Shown: one piece after another, positions 10,416 through 19,118 of the stretch
Layout: each line of letters begins with the position of its first letter
How positions within the stretch are numbered: position 1 is the stretch's first letter
Source: Nostoc sp. NOS(2021)
GTDB taxonomy: Bacteria > Cyanobacteriota > Cyanobacteriia > Cyanobacteriales > Nostocaceae
NCBI RefSeq assembly: GCF_017115025.1
Contig: NZ_JABXKM010000093.1
Coordinates: forward strand, 7,508-39,507
DNA length: 32,000 nt
Direction: 5' to 3'
The notes under the pieces: model-generated
What the model was told of the DNA's origin: nothing
The model's database searches: none
Seen by the model: the letters and a program-made list of their open reading frames with translations, nothing else
Position numbers and translations under genes: made by a program

Positions 10416-11243
10416 ATGACCATTGCTCAAGAATTAGATTCTCAACAAGGCATCTGCCAAGATGTTATATTTCCCCCTGGTGATTTATATAGTGATGAGC
10501 CTCCCTTGGAAAGCGAACTACATCTAGAGCAAATTATGCTCTTGCTAAAATGTCTAAAATGGCTGTGGCGAGATAGAAATGATTTCTATGCGGCTGGAAA
10601 CCTGACTATCTACTACAGTCCACGCCAACGCAAATCAGAACATTTCCGGGGTCCAGACTTTTTTGTAGTCCTGGGAACTGAACGCAAAACCCGTAAAAGT
10701 TGGGTAGTCTGGGAAGAAGATGGCAAATATCCGAATGTAATTTTGGAAATTCTTTCGGAATCAACAGCTAAGACTGACAAAGATTTAAAGAAAACAATTT
10801 ATCAAGATACTTTTCGTACCCATGATTATTTTTGGTTTGACCCTTACACACAAGAATTTGCGGGATTTCATTTAGTAGATGGAGAATATCAACCTCTACA
10901 AGCTTCGGAGCAAGGACATTTGTGGAGTCATCAGCTAGGGTTATATCTGGGAATTTATCAGGGTCTATTGCGGTTTTTTACACGAGATGGGCAACTAGTA
11001 CCAACACCTGAAGAAACGGCAGAACAAGCAGAAGAAACGGCAGAACAAGCAGAACAAAAGGCAGAACAAGCAGAACAAAAGGCAGAACAGGCAGAACAAA
11101 AGGCAGAACAAGCAGAACAAAAGGCAGAACAAGCAGAACAAAAAGCAGAACAAGCAGAACAAAAGGCAGAACAAGCAGAACAAAAGGCAGAACGTTTGGT
11201 AGCAAAACTGCGGGAGTTAAATATCGACCCAGAGACAATTTAG
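10416..11243 (+). CDS. Uma2 (DUF820) family PD-(D/E)xK endonuclease with a C-terminal heptad-repeat tail
   Basis: The core is GPDFFVV...PNVILEILSESTAKTDKDLKK..Y......YFWFDP, which has the PD...E.LS...D..K layout of the Uma2 family. The tail is (EETAEQA)x2 (EQKAEQA)x6-7 followed by LVAKLRELNIDP. It is a paralog of 19119-19889. Confidence 0.85.
   Translation: MTIAQELDSQQGICQDVIFPPGDLYSDEPPLESELHLEQIMLLLKCLKWLWRDRNDFYAAGNLTIYYSPRQRKSEHFRGPDFFVVLGTERKTRKSWVVWEEDGKYPNVILEILSESTAKTDKDLKKTIYQDTFRTHDYFWFDPYTQEFAGFHLVDGEYQPLQASEQGHLWSHQLGLYLGIYQGLLRFFTRDGQLVPTPEETAEQAEETAEQAEQKAEQAEQKAEQAEQKAEQAEQKAEQAEQKAEQAEQKAEQAEQKAERLVAKLRELNIDPETI
11010..11193 (+). repeat. 21-bp tandem repeat, about 8.75 copies, in frame inside the Uma2 gene
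   Basis: The units gaagaaacggcagaacaagca (x2) and gaacaaaaggcagaacaagca (x6, with single-base variants) are head to tail. Each encodes one 7-aa heptad. Confidence 0.95.
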
Positions 11244-11339
11244 AGTGCTGCGAATGCCTACGGACTGCTACGCGATCGCATATAATGCCATAGGCGATCG
11301 CCTATGGTTGAACTCAAAGGAAAAAAAGGGAGTCTGATC

Positions 11340-12245
11340 AGGGTAAACGCATCTAAATTACTCTTGACCACGACCAAAATTAAGATTCAACGCTGATAAT
11401 CAGTATTTCTCGCTGCACATGATGCAACATCAGAATAGACAGATGCGATACTGTTGACCCGTAATGTCTACAGTCTGGCAGACTTATCTTTATCACCAGT
11501 GTTTAGACGCAAATGGCCAAGTATCTATGAAGCGATACAAGATACCAAACCAGATGAAGACAAATTAATGGAGCGATACATCAAGCAGATACCAACAGAA
11601 GGGCGTGTGTTGTTAGCAGGAACTCATACAGCTTGGTCGCACCCTTCTGGCGATGACACTGAAAGAACGGACTATGGAAAACACTCTTCTCAGCGATCGC
11701 GGCAAATAAACCGATTACGATTGGATAGGGATATAGTACGATAGCTTGGGCAACTAGAAAAAGTGTGTCAATCGATGTCTTCTAGACCACTTTCTCTCTG
11801 GGACAGTGAGTATGGCTGTGCCCCATTTATCCTCAAGACAGCCAATATTGCTGCTGATATTCTAGTTCGGTTACGTTCAAATCTTTGTACTTGCGTCGGT
11901 TCACAATTGATCATTGGTATCGTTTTCTCAAGCAACCTTTACATTGGACAGTAGCAAAATTAAGTACTCCAGAGCAATGCGAACATTGGAGTGACTTAAT
12001 GCCAATGCCGTTAATGACTTGGGAGTTATGGTTAGCTCGTGATATTGTTGCTGATAAGCTGTCGCGCATCTAAATTGTACTTTTTGGAGCCTAAAAGCCT
12101 TGCTGTGAGGTTTTCATCTGGAAAAATTAAATGCGTCTCAGCTTAATGCTCAACAAATGGCAGAAGTCAATGGATAAATTGACTCCTGGAAGAGTTGCTC
12201 AGTCCCATCCCCTTGTCTTTACCCTACCAATATATGATTACTGAA
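11340..12245 (+). mobile_element. Degenerate DDE-transposase (IS4/IS701-like) remnant
   Basis: Transposase-like pieces are spread over several frames: SLADLSLSPVFRRKWPSIYEAIQD..., PLSLWDSEYGCAPFI...ADILVRLRSN, RFTIDHWYRFLKQPLHW, and KWQKSMDKLTPGRVAQS near 12150-12200. They are broken by stops and frameshifts. The 12-mer cgcatctaaatt occurs at 11348 and 12065. The family assignment is approximate. Confidence 0.55.
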
Positions 12246-12261
12246 TCAAGGTTCTAGGTCT

Positions 12262-12474
12262 CTACTTGATGCCACACCGCTCTCTAGACTCCTGCTTTAC
12301 CTTACCAGTCATGGCAGCTTCCTGCAAAGTCATGAAAGCATTAAAATCTTCCAAGTCATACTGGGTAGTCAACAGTTGTCGTAGTTGATTTTCAGCTTCC
12401 ACTGTCAAATAGCCAGTTGCTAAGGCTTTTTGTACAACGTCACGAATTCGAGTCATAGTTGACGCCTCATTCAT
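12262..12474 (-). CDS. Small conserved hypothetical protein (~70 aa)
   Basis: The C-terminal part of the listed 135-aa ORF, M(NEAST)MTRIRDVVQKALATGYLTVEAENQLRQLLTTQYDLEDFNAFMTLQEAAMTGKVKQESRE, resembles a small protein common in cyanobacteria. The start is probably the ATG at 12474 or 12456. The N-terminal extension looks non-coding. Confidence 0.5.
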   Translation of the reverse strand: MNEASTMTRIRDVVQKALATGYLTVEAENQLRQLLTTQYDLEDFNAFMTLQEAAMTGKVKQESRERCGIK

Positions 12475-13346
12475 CCTACTATTTATTAATTCAGGCTTAT
12501 CCAGGTAAAATATGCAGTAGTTTTTGTGCCAAAACTTCAAATTTGCAAGGTTTTTTTGGGCGATCGCGGTAAAGAAGTCATAATTTACACCTTTGTCAGA
12601 AACATTTAATTGAGCGGGGCTTGTTATAACTGAACTTTTAGAATAACGATCCTGTGCTGTTAGGAACACAGTATTGTGTATACTTAAAATGACACACCAG
12701 AGTGAAAACCCGGATTATTTAGATAGACAGAAATTGTTTGGATAAAGTTTCAAACAAGCTATATTAATTTTTTCGCTAAGTCTAAAGATACCCAAGCAGC
12801 AATTGTCAAGTCACCTAAAGAAAGTTACTAAATTTGTTAGAAATTTACCGTTTATTATTTATGCTGATTTCACAGAAGAATCGTTAATCTATTGCCTAAG
12901 TGACTTTAAATACATTAATAACAGTAATAACAGCAGTGAATTCAATTCAAATAGAAGATAAATTTATATAAGTTAAAAATAATTGAGAGTTAAAAAAGTT
13001 ATACGTAGATTTAGTCTTTGCAAAGGGAAAAGCCTTAATGCACGTTGAAAACAAATTCCTTATAAGTTTACTTTGCGGTTTTACTTCTGCGGAAATTGCT
13101 AATGTCGGTGATCAAAGTCGTAGTAGTAATACTGTTAGAGTTTATCTTTATAATGGATTATATAAATACATAGAATAAATGCTGAGTAACCAAACTAGAT
13201 ACTCAGTGAAGCTGAAAAACTGGAGTCGCCCCAGGATGCGTTAGCGTACCTCTGCTATTAAGCAAGCTACGCTAGCGTCTCGCACCAGAAGGTATCGCTT
13301 TTTTGCATTTGAGTAAAATAATAAAAGCCTTTAGAGAAATTCAAGT

Positions 13347-13672
13347 TTATATATCATTTCTATCTGGCTCAATAACTTCCCAGATTAAAATTAAACGCCT
13401 CAATATTTCCCCAATTGAGTGGCGGTTCTGAGCGCAGTAAATAATTCCTGCGTGCATAAACATACCACCTCCTTGATGAAATATCACAAAGTCATCATCA
13501 TGGGTGAAAATTACCCAATTCTCAGACATTGCAAAATAAAGCTGTTCTCCATCTGATATACCTATCAGTCGTTTTTCCGGTGTAGTCGTCACATCAATAC
13601 CACGACGACGTAGCCTTCTGCTATAGCATTACTGACATTCTCATCTAGGTGGAATCGAATTTTTTGTGTCAT
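13347..13672 (-). pseudogene. DUF5615 family PIN-like toxin, disrupted by a 1-nt frameshift
   Basis: From the ATG at 13672 the frame reads MTQKIRFHLDENVSNAIAEG and then hits a stop. Adding one base near 13612 restores ...AEGLRRRGIDVTTTPEKRLIGISDGEQL..., which joins the listed ORF 13347-13592. The start overlaps the 3' end of the DUF433 gene, as is typical for this pair. Confidence 0.7.
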
Positions 13673-13991
13673 TTCGATTCTTTAGTTTTTCTTGCAGAAT
13701 CGAAGGAGTTTCAGCCTGCACTTCTCTGACAAAGGCTTCTCCTTCTGCAATTTGTTGCCTGATTTCGTCTTGATGATCGTGGTAATAAGCTAGAGCAGCA
13801 TAGACATCAGCTAAAGTGATGCTGGGATAATGATAAATAATTTCGTCAGGGGAAAGCCCCATCCGTTCGTGCCAAATAAATATATCTTGCACTGTAATTC
13901 GGTGTCCAGCAATGCGCGGTTTACCCCCACACACACCCAGAGTAATTTCAATGTGTTCTGAGATTACTGGTATCTGAGACATTTTATCCAA
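13641..13991 (-). CDS. DUF433 domain protein (antitoxin-like partner of DUF5615)
   Basis: The segment GVCGGKPRIAGHRITVQDIFIWHERMGLSPDEIIYHYPSITLADVYAALAYY is the DUF433 HTH-like signature. Confidence 0.85.
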   Translation of the reverse strand: MDKMSQIPVISEHIEITLGVCGGKPRIAGHRITVQDIFIWHERMGLSPDEIIYHYPSITLADVYAALAYYHDHQDEIRQQIAEGEAFVREVQAETPSILQEKLKNRNDTKNSIPPR

Positions 13992-14127
13992 GGATACTCC
14001 TATAAGAAGAAAATTATATTATAAGTTATCGGTTTATTAGCGATCGCCTTTCTATTGTCCGTGAAAAAGTGCGTAGGCGTAGACATCCCCAGATTTTATC
14101 TGATACTATATATGATACTATCGCTCC

Positions 14128-14401
14128 ATAAGTAAACTCAAGAAATTAGTGGAGCAATTTCTCAAGCAGCCTCCAGAAGTGCGGTTTCAGGAAGTACGCT
14201 ATTTATTGGAAGCTTTTGGCTTTGAAGAAAAAGGTCTAAGGGTAGCCATCATAGTTTTCGAGACTCCCAAGCTAGAAGATCACTGCACCCAAAACTGGGG
14301 GAAAAAAAGTTAAAGGAGTTTATGTACAGCAAATAGTTGAACTATTAAATTTAGAAGAGTGGATTGATGAAGACACTGAACCAGAAGAACAAGCAGATTG
14401 A
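14128..14401 (+). pseudogene. hicA: HicA-family mRNA interferase toxin, decayed (lost start codon and two frameshifts)
   Basis: Three frames together read (I)SKLKKLVEQFLKQPPEVRFQEVRYLLEAFGFEEK / RSKGSHHSFRDSQAR / ITAPKTGGKKVKGVYVQQIVELLNLEEW. This matches the HicA layout (GF....KGSHH.F......I..PK.GGK.V). The expected ATG is ATA at 14128. Frame shifts fall near the A-run at 14226-14231 and near 14276-14283. Confidence 0.6.
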
Positions 14402-14747
14402 GAAGCCGTCCCTAGAATATTATTTAAATCTTCAGTATCCTGTAACACTTTACCCCGATCCAGAGGGGGGATATGTAGCTCAAATTAAAGATTTACCAGG
14501 ATGTCTCACCCAAGGCGAAACCCTAGAAGAGACAATGGCAAACATTAATGAGGCGCGAGAATTGTGGATTGAAACAGCTTATGAAGCTAGCGATGATATT
14601 CCTTTACCCAGCAGTGATAATAGTTATAGTGGTAAGTTGTTAGTGCGGATGCCAAAATCTCTACATCGTCGTTTAGCTGAGACTGCTGAACGCGAAGGTG
14701 TAAGTCTAAATCAGTATATTGTGTCTTTGTTAAGTGCAGTGGCTTAA
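14364..14747 (+). CDS. hicB: HicB-family antitoxin with a C-terminal ribbon-helix-helix domain
   Basis: The N-terminal HicB fold reads YPVTLYPDPEGGYVAQIKDLPGCLTQGETLEETMANINEA. The RHH-type DNA-binding tail reads GKLLVRMPKSLHRRLAETAEREGVSLNQYIVSLL. The likely start is the ATG at 14367. Confidence 0.85.
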   Translation: MMKTLNQKNKQIEKPSLEYYLNLQYPVTLYPDPEGGYVAQIKDLPGCLTQGETLEETMANINEARELWIETAYEASDDIPLPSSDNSYSGKLLVRMPKSLHRRLAETAEREGVSLNQYIVSLLSAVA

Positions 14748-14877
14748 TTAGAAATCAAGTAATTTTATCTGGTTGCGCGATAGGTGCAAAACTCCGTATT
14801 TTTAAATCATAGATTGAGTCGTTGAGTTTATAATTAGAAACTGTGACTCAGCACTCAGAATTGGAGCGAAGCAACTG

Positions 14878-15423
14878 GTGAGCAGCTTATTACAAGGAGT
14901 CAACCTGTACTTAATTGGTATTATGGGCGTTGGTAAGACTACAGTAGGGCGCTTACTGGCAAAGGAATTGGCTTATGGGTTTGTGGATACCGATGATGTC
15001 ATTGCCCAAGCAACAGGTAAATCTGTCAATCAGTTATTTGCACAAGTTGGTGAAGCCGGGTTTCGCCAGTTAGAAAGCGACGTACTTTCACAAGTTTGTG
15101 CTTTTACAAAGTTGACTATAGCAACCGGTGGGGGCATTGTAATGCGGCGAGAAAATTGGGGTTACTTGCACCACGGTTTGATAGTGTGGCTAGATGTGCC
15201 AGTGGAGATAATTTACAGCCGTTTAGCTGAGGATACCACAAGACCACTGCTGCAAGATGTTGATCCTAAAGGTAAATTGCGATCGCTCCTCGAACAACGA
15301 ACACCACTTTATTCCCAAGCCGATTTGCACATCATCGAGCGAGAGGGAGATACACCTGAAGACGTTGCCCAGCGAGTACTTGAGGCAATTCCTACCGTTC
15401 TCAAAACACAAGTTTCTCATTAA
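14878..15423 (+). CDS. aroK: Shikimate kinase
   Basis: It has the P-loop LIGIMGVGKTTVGRLLA, then DTD, GE..FR..E and ATGGG. The size is typical, at about 180 aa. Confidence 0.9.
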   Translation: MSSLLQGVNLYLIGIMGVGKTTVGRLLAKELAYGFVDTDDVIAQATGKSVNQLFAQVGEAGFRQLESDVLSQVCAFTKLTIATGGGIVMRRENWGYLHHGLIVWLDVPVEIIYSRLAEDTTRPLLQDVDPKGKLRSLLEQRTPLYSQADLHIIEREGDTPEDVAQRVLEAIPTVLKTQVSH

Positions 15424-15859
15424 TCGGGAATATTGATCAGAATGTTGATCACAATCAGACGGTGGTGCAAAATATGAGGAAAACGTACTAACAGATTGTG
15501 TCGAAAAACATCCAAAATAGATAAATCCCCTTACAATTCTTAGACGTTAGGATTTTGGTGGTTATTTCTGCTGCTTCTCTTTTGACTGGGTAATTTGTTC
15601 AATCGATATTAAGGAATAAGAATTAAATAACATACAATTTATGTCTCTGGCTTACCTCACCCTCAATCCCTCTCCGATATATTGGAGAGGGAAGCTAGAT
15701 ACAGGATGAAGTTTTGCATTTTATTTAATCCACGTTCCTAAGCGAGTTTCTGATATTTTCAGAAGATTAGATAATCTCTGCGATCGCTGAAGGATTTATA
15801 TCTGATTTATACCCAACCTAAATCCTCTAAAGCTTGACCGAAGAGGATAAAGAGAGGGA

Positions 15860-15952
15860 GTAGTATTCGTAGTAGGTTTTACCCAAAGTTTCTAGGGTGG
15901 GGTTGGTTTCCCAGTTTTTGGGAAAGGGAAAGGTTTCAAAGCAGTCGCTCAT
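15860..15952 (-). pseudogene. Short remnant of an MmeI-like (type IIG/IIL) restriction-modification or DNA methyltransferase gene
   Basis: The minus-strand peptide SDCFETFPFPKNWETNPTLETLGKTYYEY matches the conserved CFETFPFP...YYEYR segment found near the C-terminus of that family. Only about 30 aa remain, and they are fused to a dispersed repeat. Confidence 0.4.
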
Positions 15953-16043
15953 GGGGGAAACCACGCCAGATGCAACAAGAGTGGCTCGCCGCCCAACGCA
16001 CTGGCTCCCCAATAACGCGCTGCTTCACCAAAATCTAAAATTG

Positions 16044-18017
16044 CTACGCACCTTCGCGCAATTTATCCAACACGCTTCTATCTTCTAAGGTCGAAGTATC
16101 CCCAGATATCTCTTGTCCCGCAGCCAGATTCCGCAGCAATCGGCGCATAATCTTACCCGATCGCGTTTTGGGCAAAGCGTCTGTAAAGCGAATTTCTCCC
16201 GGACGCGCGATCGCACCAATTTCTTTGACAACGTGCTGCTTGAGTTCTCTACTCAGTTCCTCACTTGCCTGATAAGTGCCTTCTAAAGTCACAAAAGCAA
16301 CTACTTCTTCACCCTTAAGTTCATCAGGTTTACCCACTACCGCCGCTTCTGCAACCGCTGGATGTGAAACTAAGGCTGATTCTACTTCCATTGTACCGAG
16401 TCGATGCCCTGAGACATTCAGTACATCATCCACACGACCCATTACCCAGAAGTAGCCGTCTTCATCAAGTCTTGCCCCATCACCAGCAAAGTAAATATAG
16501 TTACCATCTTTGGGCGGAATGTGTTCCCAATAGGTGCGGCGGAAACGTTCTGGATCGCCGTACACTGTCCGCATCATTCCTGGCCACGGATGTCGCACCG
16601 CTAGATAACCGCCTTCATTATTGGGTACGGTGTTTCCTTCTAAATCCACGACATCTGCGATAATTCCGGGGAAGGGAAGAGTTGCCGAACCGGGTTTGGT
16701 GGGAATTGCTCCTGGTAGCGGTGTAATCATGATACCGCCGGTTTCCGTTTGCCACCAAGTATCAACAATTGGACAACGTTCGCCACCAATTACTTTGTGA
16801 TACCACATCCAAGCTTCTGGGTTAATCGGTTCGCCGACGGTTCCCAGCAAACGCAACGAAGACAGGTTTCGCGCATTCGGATGTTGTTCTCCCATCTTAA
16901 TAAATGCCCGAATTGCCGTAGGTGCAGTATAAAAAATATTAACGCCGTATTTTTCAATTACATCCCAGAAACAGCCAGGATTAGAAGCACGGGGCGCACC
17001 TTCATACATCAACGTTGTGGCACCATTGGAAAGGGGGCCGTAGACAATATAGCTGTGTCCCGTAATCCAACCTACATCGGCGGTACACCAATATACATCT
17101 GTATCTTGGAGGTCGAATATCCACTTGCTGGTCATGTGGGTATATAAATTATAACCAGCAGTTGTATGTACTACACCCTTCGGTTTGCCGGTGCTGCCAG
17201 AAGTGTAGAGGACAAACAGCATATCTTCGCTGTCCATTGGTTCGGCGGGACAATCGGCTGATGCACCCTTTTGCAAATCATGCCACCAATGATCGCGTCC
17301 GCCCAACTGCATATAAGTTTCTTGTCCGGTGCGCTTGACAACTAGGACATTTTCTACACTGGGAACAGCACCATCAGCTAAGGCTTTATCTACCTGTTCC
17401 TTGAGAGGAACGATCGCATCTTTCCGCCAACCACCATCAGCCGTGATTACCAGTTTAGCTTTAACATCAATTAAGCGATCGCGCAAAGCTTCGGCACTAA
17501 AACCAGCAAATACTACACTGTGGGGTGCGCCAATTCTGGCACAAGCTAACATGGCGATCGCAGCTTCGGGAATCATCGGTAGATAAATACCGACGCGATC
17601 GCCTTTTTGTACACCCAGTTGCTTCAATACATTGGCAAACTGGCAAACTTCCCGATGCAGTTGGGCATAAGTGAGGGTACGCGAATCACCTGGTTCTCCT
17701 TCCCAAATCAATGCTGCTTTATTTTTGCGCCAAGTAGTGAGATGTCTGTCAAGGCAGTTGTAAGAAATATTAATTTTACCGCCAACAAACCACTTAGCAA
17801 AAGGTGGTTGCCAATCTAATACTGTATCCCATTTTTGGAACCATTCTAATTCTGTTCCAGCCAAATCTGCCCAAAATTGCTGCGGATCGGCTTTGGACTT
17901 AGCATAGAGACGCTGATAGTCATCCAGGCTTTTAATATGGGCTTTCTGTGAGAATTCCGAGGCAGGATGAAATAAGCGGTTCTCTTGCAGGATTGATTCT
18001 ATAGTTGGTTGAGACAT
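16044..18017 (-). CDS. acs: Acetyl-CoA synthetase (AMP-forming)
   Basis: A 657-aa ORF with [45 protein letters not shown] and the C-terminal [12 protein letters not shown] motifs. Confidence 0.97.
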   Translation of the reverse strand: MSQPTIESILQENRLFHPASEFSQKAHIKSLDDYQRLYAKSKADPQQFWADLAGTELEWFQKWDTVLDWQPPFAKWFVGGKINISYNCLDRHLTTWRKNKAALIWEGEPGDSRTLTYAQLHREVCQFANVLKQLGVQKGDRVGIYLPMIPEAAIAMLACARIGAPHSVVFAGFSAEALRDRLIDVKAKLVITADGGWRKDAIVPLKEQVDKALADGAVPSVENVLVVKRTGQETYMQLGGRDHWWHDLQKGASADCPAEPMDSEDMLFVLYTSGSTGKPKGVVHTTAGYNLYTHMTSKWIFDLQDTDVYWCTADVGWITGHSYIVYGPLSNGATTLMYEGAPRASNPGCFWDVIEKYGVNIFYTAPTAIRAFIKMGEQHPNARNLSSLRLLGTVGEPINPEAWMWYHKVIGGERCPIVDTWWQTETGGIMITPLPGAIPTKPGSATLPFPGIIADVVDLEGNTVPNNEGGYLAVRHPWPGMMRTVYGDPERFRRTYWEHIPPKDGNYIYFAGDGARLDEDGYFWVMGRVDDVLNVSGHRLGTMEVESALVSHPAVAEAAVVGKPDELKGEEVVAFVTLEGTYQASEELSRELKQHVVKEIGAIARPGEIRFTDALPKTRSGKIMRRLLRNLAAGQEISGDTSTLEDRSVLDKLREGA

Positions 18018-18256
18018 GATTACATTTGCAAACGGTATTGTTACTGAAAACTATTTTTAGCTTATTTGTGTCAGACAGTGTTTAGATTTTCCTGAAGCTG
18101 AACAGAAATTGCCAGGTTACTTAGCTTACACCAACCAAAACCAAGCAATCAAAAAAGGTGTAATACCTAGAGGTCATTAACAATTCGTAATTCGTAATGA
18201 CGAATTAGTAATTATTGTTGAACCTGAGAGTATTTTGCCATGAGGAGATACAAGTC

Positions 18257-18348
18257 AGGACTTACGCAGAGACTACGATTTTACGTCATTACGAGCGAAG
18301 CGAAGTAATCGCAAAGGCTTAGTTTTTCGTCACGAGTGCGTAAGTCCT
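18257..18348. repeat. MITE-like element with 12-bp terminal inverted repeats
   Basis: The ends aggacttacgca (18257-18268) and tgcgtaagtcct (18337-18348) are perfect inverted repeats. The interior carries the common Nostoc gtcattacgagcgaagcgaagtaatc hairpin. Confidence 0.6.
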
Positions 18349-18444
18349 AAAGTATGATGCAAAACGCAGATTATACAGCTTGCAGTTTAGAATAATCATA
18401 ATGTTGCAATATGTAAGTACTCTTCACAAACAAAGCCTGAAACT

Positions 18445-19089
18445 ATGACACTCACAGTCGAAGCTAGCAGCCTATCTCTCAACGATGTTCATCGCTTTCT
18501 CAAACTAGAAAAGCTTTCCAATGGTTCATTTGCAGATTTCTTAAGGCTAGAACCACTTTCTGAGTTTGAACAGCAGGATTTATTGCGAATCAGAAACGAC
18601 TTTGAACGTTACTCAAGCGCAGGGAAAATTTCTGAAGGTTTAGTTAAATTTATAACAATTGCACCATTAATGCGGTTAGCTGGGTTTTACGATGTGCCGA
18701 TTCGGTTGACAATGGAAGATAGCATTGCGATCGCCATCGAAGATGAAGACAGAAGAATTACTGGGCGGATGGATATTCTAGCAATCAACAGTCCTCAAAG
18801 TAATATTGCGCCGCCATTTTGGGTTGTAGTGATTGAAACGAAAAATAGTGCGATCGAAGTGGGTGAGGGTTTACCTCAATTACTCACTTATGCTTTTAAA
18901 AGTTTAGATCAACAACCATCTGTTTGGGGACTGGTAACTAACGGACTGCGTTATCAATTTGTTTGTTTAAGACATGAACAGCAGCCAACTTATCAGTTAA
19001 TGCCATTATTAAGTCTGAATGAATCTCCAGGTGCAATCGAGTTATTACAAGTTTGCAAAGCTATCTGCAAGTTACCGAATTTTCAGTAA
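18445..19089 (+). CDS. Standalone PD-(D/E)xK nuclease-fold protein (HsdR N-terminal-domain-like)
   Basis: The layout is SEGLVKFITIAPLMRLAGF...GRMDILAI...FWVVVIETKNS...GLPQLLTYA...VWGLVTNGLRYQF. This gives D...E-x-K catalytic spacing and a TNG...F tail, as in HsdR_N-type domains. Confidence 0.65.
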   Translation: MTLTVEASSLSLNDVHRFLKLEKLSNGSFADFLRLEPLSEFEQQDLLRIRNDFERYSSAGKISEGLVKFITIAPLMRLAGFYDVPIRLTMEDSIAIAIEDEDRRITGRMDILAINSPQSNIAPPFWVVVIETKNSAIEVGEGLPQLLTYAFKSLDQQPSVWGLVTNGLRYQFVCLRHEQQPTYQLMPLLSLNESPGAIELLQVCKAICKLPNFQ

Positions 19090-19118
19090 AATGAACGTAA
19101 ATCGCGGAGCGATCGCTG

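Noticed and set aside
10978-11238. Two minus-strand ORFs (LLVLPFV... and FCLFCLL...) overlapping the Uma2 repeat tract
   Set aside because: They are antisense read-through of the 21-bp tandem repeat. The sense frame continues a well-supported Uma2 protein.
12475-12669. N-terminal 65 codons of the listed 135-aa minus ORF
   Set aside because: The conserved-looking part starts at the internal Met residues (12474 or 12456). The extension is AT-rich with no coding-like features.
16364-17819. Four plus-strand ORFs of 70-132 aa inside the acs locus
   Set aside because: They are entirely antisense to a full-length, motif-rich acetyl-CoA synthetase gene and have no motifs of their own.
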